Source of the DNA: Spirochaetota bacterium
Lineage (GTDB): Bacteria; Spirochaetota; UBA4802; JAFGDQ01
Reading direction: 5' to 3'
Assembly (NCBI GenBank): GCA_043803405.1
Contig: JAZDKB010000053.1
Location: forward strand, 1-64,000
Length of the DNA: 64,000 nt
Notes under the pieces: model-generated
What the model was told of the DNA's origin: nothing
Databases searched by the model: none
What the model saw: the letters and a program-made list of their open reading frames with translations, nothing else
Part shown: positions 57,763 to 64,000 of the stretch, piece after piece
How the letters are laid out: every line of letters begins with the position of its first letter
How positions within the stretch are numbered: the first letter of the stretch is position 1
Translations under genes and position numbers: made by a program

Positions 57763-59154
57763 ATGACAATACGCAAAATAATATTCTCAACTGTTTTAAT
57801 TATATGTGCAGCAATCGTCTCATGCGATAAAATAAAAAATATGAATTTCGGTTTATTTAATTCATATAAATACGAAGGCGAAATTAAACTTTCCGATTAT
57901 AAATGGCTTAAGGATAAAAAAATATTCCTCGATCCCGGCCACGGCGGGAAAGGCAAATCGGACAGATTCAGAATAGGGCATGGAGGTATAACCGAAGAAG
58001 AAGTCAACCTGAGGGTTGGGCTCATCCTGGGGGACATGCTGGAAAGGGCAGGGGCAGTTGTGCGTTTAAGCAGGGGAAAAGACATCGATGTGTCGCAGCC
58101 CGATCGCGTGAAAGCGGCAAACGCATTTCTGCCGGACCTGCTGGTAAGCCTGCACCATGACGGCTCGCCAAGGCCGATGGATAATGTAAATTTCCCGTCT
58201 GTGCTGATATGGGGCAATAAAAAAGTAAGGCCGTTAAGCTATGCATTCGCGGAACTTTTACTGGAAGAATTCAGCAGGATTATGGATGTAAAGGGAGCCG
58301 TTATTTCGGACTTTGCTGTATATAAAGAAACAGGCACCATGATACTTCGCGAAACGAGATATACATGCCCGGGCGTAATAGGCGAAGCGGGTTTCTTTTC
58401 GGATGAAAAACACGCGAAAAGATTAAGCGACATCCATTACAACCAGGCGGAAGCTGAAGCTTATTTTTATGCTATCGCAAGATTCTTTGAAAGAGGAATA
58501 CCTAAAGCCGAAGTGCTAATATCTTCGTCTTTAAATAATGAATCTTATCTACTGAACATGATTAAGGATGCGAATCCGGTGATCGCGATTAAAACAGAGA
58601 GCGGGCTGGAACGCGCAGGCATCATCAAAGAATCAATGAAAGCGACACTGGATGATGTTCCGGTTACATGCAGGGCGGCATCGGATGATCTTTTTTTTGT
58701 AGAATACGGGAGCAGGCTGTACCCGGGCGGGCACAGTATTAAGTTTTCTTTCAGGAATCAGCGCAATCAGAGCAGCATGATTTACACTGCCGGTTTTACT
58801 GTTGAAATAAAGAAAGGGGATTATGCCAGGCTCGTATCCGACGGTATAAAATTTTTAAATAACAGAAGGAATTTGACAGAAGGTCTTAAAATGCTTTTAT
58901 CGGCTTATTCAATGGGTATAACAGACCCGGATGCCGACAGAGTAATATTTCATATTGCCAGAGGATTTGCTTTAACAGGCAATAAAACAAACTCGAACTA
59001 TTATTATGCCAAGCTGTTAAATTTTTATCCTCAGAGCAAATATGCAAAAAAACTGGAAACGCGCTTCAGGGATTACCGTTTCCCTGTCGAATATAACGGC
59101 AAATGGCTGGATATAAAATACGAGCCGTTTTTAAAAGACGAAAGCAGGAAGTAA
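57763..59154 (+). CDS. N-acetylmuramoyl-L-alanine amidase (Amidase_3) lipoprotein
   Basis: Lipobox IVSC; FLDPGHGG, EEEVN, SLHHDG, GEAGF. Confidence 0.88.
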   Translation: MTIRKIIFSTVLIICAAIVSCDKIKNMNFGLFNSYKYEGEIKLSDYKWLKDKKIFLDPGHGGKGKSDRFRIGHGGITEEEVNLRVGLILGDMLERAGAVVRLSRGKDIDVSQPDRVKAANAFLPDLLVSLHHDGSPRPMDNVNFPSVLIWGNKKVRPLSYAFAELLLEEFSRIMDVKGAVISDFAVYKETGTMILRETRYTCPGVIGEAGFFSDEKHAKRLSDIHYNQAEAEAYFYAIARFFERGIPKAEVLISSSLNNESYLLNMIKDANPVIAIKTESGLERAGIIKESMKATLDDVPVTCRAASDDLFFVEYGSRLYPGGHSIKFSFRNQRNQSSMIYTAGFTVEIKKGDYARLVSDGIKFLNNRRNLTEGLKMLLSAYSMGITDPDADRVIFHIARGFALTGNKTNSNYYYAKLLNFYPQSKYAKKLETRFRDYRFPVEYNGKWLDIKYEPFLKDESRK

Positions 59155-59244
59155 ATATTTTCCTTAAAGAATATTTGACAAAAACAATAACAGCAGTGAT
59201 GATATAAACATAAAGGCAGAATAAACATTCAGAGGAGAACAAGT

Positions 59245-59724
59245 ATGAATAAAGCAGTCCTGGCTTTATCCTTTATTATTTTTTTAAGCTCATGCGGCAG
59301 CCTTACCTATGTTAAAAATATATTAAAGACAAAATTAAGCATTCAGCAGATAGTCGAAATTAAAGATGACATGGATAAAAAGGATAATCCCGCATATGCG
59401 TTTGAAAAAACTCAGAAACTCCGGAACACGCGCGTATATATCAATGACGTAAAAGTAAAGGATATTGTATCTTCCACAAATGTCGATTATAAATTCTGTG
59501 TTATAGTTACGGTATCCACTACAAAAGGAGACATAGACTGCTATATATATTCCGGGACCGACGATATATTTCCGGAAGAAGACGTTAAAACAATTTCAAA
59601 GCTGAAAAAGGGAGTTAGTATAATTGATATAGAGGGTGATTTCAGCAAATTTTTTACTTTGCTGGATGAAACATTCACTAAGATAGAAATTATTAATGCC
59701 AATATTGATATTAAAAAAAATTGA
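59245..59724 (+). CDS. Hypothetical lipoprotein
   Basis: GAGGAG RBS; lipobox LSSC. Confidence 0.75.
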   Translation: MNKAVLALSFIIFLSSCGSLTYVKNILKTKLSIQQIVEIKDDMDKKDNPAYAFEKTQKLRNTRVYINDVKVKDIVSSTNVDYKFCVIVTVSTTKGDIDCYIYSGTDDIFPEEDVKTISKLKKGVSIIDIEGDFSKFFTLLDETFTKIEIINANIDIKKN

Positions 59725-59822
59725 GTATTTTAAAAGTTATTTGTTTAATTGATATTCCGGATCAGCGGAGTATTTTTAGATACTGATTTGAAAAACATGC
59801 CGGGTATAATAGGGAATCTTTT

Positions 59823-62108
59823 ATGAACCTTTTAAAAAAACCTTTAATTTATTATATTTCTGCAGCGCTGATAATTGTAATCACTGTCTTAATAATAATA
59901 CTTATAAATAAAAACAGCGCCTCTTATGATGGCAAGGTCTATGCTGCGGTTGAATCGGAAATAACGATCGTGAGGGATGAAAACGGTATACCTTCTGTAA
60001 AAAGCAGCAGCATTAACGATGCGTATTTTTCAATCGGATTTTTGCACTGTCAGGACAGGCATTCCCTGATTGAATATTTCAGGGCTATAGCAAACGGGCA
60101 TCTTCCCGAATTAAAAAATAATGACGGGATATTGCTTAATAAACTGTCCTTGACAATCGGATTTGCAAGGGAAGCGGAAAAGATTTTAACAAGGATAAAA
60201 AATCCTTATAAGGATTATCTCGACTCTTACGTTAAAGGGATAAATGCTTCCAAAAAAGAATTTTTCGGAATAAGTCAAAAGAGATTTTCTTCATCCGAAT
60301 GGACTGCAAAAGATGTGATCTCAATTCTGATCATGTTCGAATGGGCTGATTCGTTTTTAAATAACAGAAAGCTCATATTCCCGCTCCCTGAAAAAATAGA
60401 CCAGAAAAACCTTAAAGAAATAATTCCGCCCGGGCTTCTGCATCAATATTCGGACGATGAACGGAGCAGCGTAAATCTGCTCGTAAAAATCAGGAACACT
60501 GTTCTGGAAAGCATAGGGCAGTTCCAGGAGGGTTTTGCTTTTTATATAGGCGGTGAGAACATGGAAGACGGCAAGGCCGTTTCCGGATTTTCCCTGGACG
60601 GCAGAATGAGTATATATCCGAAATGGTACCCGGTTACTGTTACTGTCGGTGAAAAACGAATACACGGCGTTACAGCTTCCGGTTTGCCTTTTATCTTTTT
60701 CGGCAGAAATGAGGACATTTCCTTTTCGGGATTTAATCTGAATGTCGAAACGCAGGATTTTTTCATTGAGCGAACAAGAGTATTTAACGGAACTAAGCAG
60801 TATTACATGAACGGAGTATGGAAGAATTTTAATCTTATTGATGAGAAGCTTGCTCCCGGCACAAAAGGCGACAGTGAAGATGAATCCGCCTTAGCTGTAA
60901 GGGCAACCGATATCGGGCCTGTGATAAGCGACCTGATAAGCAGGGAAGAAGATTCCTACACTATCTCAATAAATTCAATATTTCCGGATGAAAGCTATAT
61001 ACATCTTCTTTTCGAAATACCGCTGGCGAATTCAATTGCAAATGCGAAAAATTTGCTGTGGAATATTTATTCTTTACCGAGGCTGTATCTTTTTGCCAAT
61101 GATGATGATGCGGTTTGCGCGTTTTCAGGAAAAATTCCGCAGAGGTTCCAGGGAAGATTTTTTAACGACAGCAGCGCTTATACCGCAGGTATTTTCGATA
61201 TTCTCTACTACGGGAAAAAATCGGCTACCTATAATTTAATAATAGGAAATAATATTTTTGAAACTGAACCTGCAATAATAAAAGATCGCCTTGTATACAA
61301 GGATCAGCTCCGATACGATACATTAAAAGATCTGGTTGAGAAAGAGGACTATTTAACCTCAAAGGATATTACTGCGGCCATGAGCAATACCCGTTCGGCA
61401 CTGGCGGAACAGTTTGTACCTGAGTTTCTTTCAATGCTGGAGCAGATGCCGCTGCCGTCAGCCAAACTGTGCAGAATTTATTTCAACAACTGGAACTATA
61501 ATATGGCTCCGGATTCGGTTGCTGCAACTATCTTTAATACTCTTCTTATAAAAATGCTGGAAGAAACAATTAAAGATGAGATGGGTAACTCAAACCGCGT
61601 ATTAATGGAAAACTATTATTATTTAATAAACAGGTTTTATGATCTGGTTCTTAAAGGGAATTCAGCAATATTTAACGACATAACCACAAAGGGAAATATC
61701 GAGAACAAAGAGAATATTTTTGACAGGGCTTTTATAAAAATGCTCAGGAGTTTAAGTAAGCAGTCCGGACCTGAAATGAATAACTGGAAATGGGGAAAAT
61801 ATCATAAGGGAAATTTTAAAATGCCTGCCGACAGGAAAGAATTAAAACATATTGCGATTGCAGGCGGCAGCTCGACTATCAATAAAGGAGAAGTCAGTGC
61901 TGTAAATTTATTAAAACCTGTTAATGTCTCGCTGATTTCCGGAATTTTTTACATGGATTTGCATCTTTCTTTTTTATCTCTTGGGGTATCGCCGACTCTG
62001 GACACCAGTTCGGACTATTTTAAAAGCTCCGTTAGTTTCGGTAATTTTGTGAGCATTGACAGCACAGAGGCGCAACATACTTTAAGGCTGCTGCCCTTGA
62101 AAAAATGA
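59823..62108 (+). CDS. Penicillin acylase family (Ntn hydrolase) protein, catalytic Ser apparently absent
   Basis: IVRDENGIP, GFLHCQDR, LDSYVKGIN, GLPFIFFGRN, GPVISD, WKWGKYH. Confidence 0.8.
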   Translation: MNLLKKPLIYYISAALIIVITVLIIILINKNSASYDGKVYAAVESEITIVRDENGIPSVKSSSINDAYFSIGFLHCQDRHSLIEYFRAIANGHLPELKNNDGILLNKLSLTIGFAREAEKILTRIKNPYKDYLDSYVKGINASKKEFFGISQKRFSSSEWTAKDVISILIMFEWADSFLNNRKLIFPLPEKIDQKNLKEIIPPGLLHQYSDDERSSVNLLVKIRNTVLESIGQFQEGFAFYIGGENMEDGKAVSGFSLDGRMSIYPKWYPVTVTVGEKRIHGVTASGLPFIFFGRNEDISFSGFNLNVETQDFFIERTRVFNGTKQYYMNGVWKNFNLIDEKLAPGTKGDSEDESALAVRATDIGPVISDLISREEDSYTISINSIFPDESYIHLLFEIPLANSIANAKNLLWNIYSLPRLYLFANDDDAVCAFSGKIPQRFQGRFFNDSSAYTAGIFDILYYGKKSATYNLIIGNNIFETEPAIIKDRLVYKDQLRYDTLKDLVEKEDYLTSKDITAAMSNTRSALAEQFVPEFLSMLEQMPLPSAKLCRIYFNNWNYNMAPDSVAATIFNTLLIKMLEETIKDEMGNSNRVLMENYYYLINRFYDLVLKGNSAIFNDITTKGNIENKENIFDRAFIKMLRSLSKQSGPEMNNWKWGKYHKGNFKMPADRKELKHIAIAGGSSTINKGEVSAVNLLKPVNVSLISGIFYMDLHLSFLSLGVSPTLDTSSDYFKSSVSFGNFVSIDSTEAQHTLRLLPLKK

Positions 62109-62219
62109 TCTTACCATATCGTATTCACTTCTTAGTATTTTTAGTATGATTTATCATTGTACCCATGACCGGTTTCATCGCCGGTATTTTTTAATTAAAT
62201 TTATTTTTGGAAAATATAA

Positions 62220-62660
62220 ATGACTAAAAAAAGCGATATTGCAGTACAAAAATTTAACGAGGGATACAATTGTTCCCAGTCTGTGCTGTTTTCATTCTGC
62301 GATGACCTGAAGTTAGATAAGGACATTGCGCTTAAGCTCGCGTGCGGCTTCGGAGCAGGCATGGGCAGAAAACAGGAAGTCTGCGGAGCTGTTACAGGCG
62401 GCATAATGGTTCTGGGCGCTAAGTTTGGCAGGGGAGAGAAAGAAGATATTTCTTCAACTGAAAAGACTTATCCAAAGGTCAGGGAATTTATGGATAAATT
62501 CGCGAAAAAAAACGGCAGCTTTGTATGCGGTTGTTTGCTGAACGAGTGCGAGCTTCTCAGCGAAGAGGGACAAAAATGTTTCAGGGAAAACAGTCTAAGA
62601 AATAAAGTGTGCATACCTTGCGTTCAGAGCGCTGTTGAAATACTGGAAGAAATGTTATAA
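62220..62660 (+). CDS. C_GCAxxG_C_C family putative redox protein
   Basis: GYNCSQSV, GFGAGMG...VCGAVTG, C...C pattern. Confidence 0.88.
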   Translation: MTKKSDIAVQKFNEGYNCSQSVLFSFCDDLKLDKDIALKLACGFGAGMGRKQEVCGAVTGGIMVLGAKFGRGEKEDISSTEKTYPKVREFMDKFAKKNGSFVCGCLLNECELLSEEGQKCFRENSLRNKVCIPCVQSAVEILEEML

Positions 62661-63008
62661 AGTGCCTCCTATAGTATAAAGATCCTTCTATAGTACCCAC
62701 CAGCATCTAATATATTTTATGTGAGCAGTTAATAATTTAAATCAATTTATGCTGCATTCATATTTATGAATCCTCAGTCGGATCATTACGATTAATAAAA
62801 ACTTATTTGTTATATTCCTTTTCGTTATTCAGTAAAAAAAATCAGAATCTTTACAAGGAAAATAATATTCTTGTATCGTATTTTTCTTCCAATATTTAAA
62901 GAATAATTGTTGTATTTTATAGCTTATTTTTTTTATTATACTAAATCATTACTAATGATATTTACCGGCTGTTTTAAAGCAGCTTATTTTATAATACGAG
63001 GCAGCACA

Positions 63009-64000
63009 ATGAATACAGAAGACTTAATACGGATTGCGAATGCAAAACTACTCAAGGTCACAAACCGGCCGGACATTGTGATGGCAAAAGGCAGAGGCCT
63101 GTACCTGTACGATGTTGAAGGCAACAAATACCTGGATTTTGTGGCTGGCTGGGGCGTGAACGCGCTTGGGCATTCTCCTAAAGCCGTTGCAAAAGCGCTC
63201 GCGAAGCAGGCAAAGACGCTGGCGAACGCGAGCCCCGCTTACTTCAACGTGCCGATGATTGAGTTTGCGGAAATGCTCACTGGAGCCTCGTGCTTTCAGA
63301 GGGCGTTCTTCTGCTCAACAGGCGCGGAAGCGAACGAAGGCGCAATCAAGCTCGCGCGCAAGTACGGCTCAGTTCACAAAAAAGGAGCAAGCGATATAAT
63401 AACAACAATCGGGAGCTTTCACGGACGCACGCTGACTACCATGGCTGCTTCGGGGAAAGCTGCGTTTGAAAAGCTGTTCGAGCCGAAGACAAAAGGATTC
63501 GTTAAAGTCAAATTCAATGATTTGAACGCTGTCAAAAAAGCGATCACAAAAAATACCTGCGCTGTAATGCTGGAGCCTATCCAGGGTGAAGGCGGAGTAA
63601 ATGCTGCAAATAAAGATTATGTCCTGGGATTGCGTGAACTTTGCGATAAAAACAATATGCTTTTAGTTTTCGACGAAGTGCAGACAGGCATGGGCAGGAC
63701 AGGAAAAATGTTCTGCTATGAACACTTCGGGATAGAGCCGGACATTATAACTCTGGCAAAGGGGATCGGCGCTGGGTTCCCGCTTGCGGCCATGCTCGCT
63801 AAGGAAAAACTCAATATATTTGCTCCAGGAGAGCAAGGAGGAACATATACGCATCAGCCCCTGGCTATGGCAGTAGGCATTGCCGTGCTGAAAGAGTTTA
63901 AAGAAAAAGACGTTGTCGGTAACTGCGCGAAAATGGGAGCGCTCATCGTATCAAGGCTGCAGGCGCTGTCAAATGAATACGAGATCGAAAACATAAGAGG
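63009..64000 (+). CDS. argD: Acetylornithine aminotransferase (class III), 3' truncated by window
   Basis: Not in the ORF track. ATG 63009 after GAGG; YLDFVAGWGVNALGH, TGAEANEGAIKLAR, SFHGRT, EPIQGEGG, DEVQTGMGRTG, TLAKG. Confidence 0.9.
   Translation, partial: MNTEDLIRIANAKLLKVTNRPDIVMAKGRGLYLYDVEGNKYLDFVAGWGVNALGHSPKAVAKALAKQAKTLANASPAYFNVPMIEFAEMLTGASCFQRAFFCSTGAEANEGAIKLARKYGSVHKKGASDIITTIGSFHGRTLTTMAASGKAAFEKLFEPKTKGFVKVKFNDLNAVKKAITKNTCAVMLEPIQGEGGVNAANKDYVLGLRELCDKNNMLLVFDEVQTGMGRTGKMFCYEHFGIEPDIITLAKGIGAGFPLAAMLAKEKLNIFAPGEQGGTYTHQPLAMAVGIAVLKEFKEKDVVGNCAKMGALIVSRLQALSNEYEIENIR

Noticed and set aside
62745..62772. ARG box upstream of argD
   Set aside because: Only one imperfect TGCAT-N4-ATTTA match in very AT-rich DNA, about 240 bp from the start; not distinguishable from chance.

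Overview
Bacterial chromosomal segment, probably from an anaerobic spirochaete related to the Leptospirae. That assignment is an inference from the thrS-infC-rpmI-rplT-(orf)-zapB-zapA order, TRL-like lipoproteins, a Leptospira-type Omp85 and a double-cNMP regulator. The window contains: the end of a chemotaxis operon (MCP, decayed cheW, cheW, cheA, cheR broken in a T10 run, cheB); tadA; a K+ channel followed by a cNMP-binding protein; a TonB-dependent receptor; a carboxyltransferase; mnmH/selU; fadN-fadA-HDAC; the thrS/infC operon with tRNA-Val(GAC); a Wood-Ljungdahl carbonyl-branch cluster (cooC-folD-orf-acsD-cooS-acsB-acsC-acsE-DUF3786-cooC); a DEAD helicase; envelope genes; hom-thrC; and a partial argD. 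The most striking signal is non-coding. Several distinct families of palindromic (REP/REPIN/MITE-like) elements occur here, and they fill every intergenic gap from cooC to acsE. One family brackets an intact DUF559 (Vsr-like) endonuclease gene and also occurs as empty copies. A second family brackets a decayed DUF559 remnant that is not in the ORF track. Together these suggest a transposase-free mobile system built from a DUF559 endonuclease and self-palindromic inverted repeats. All calls were made by eye; no searches were run.
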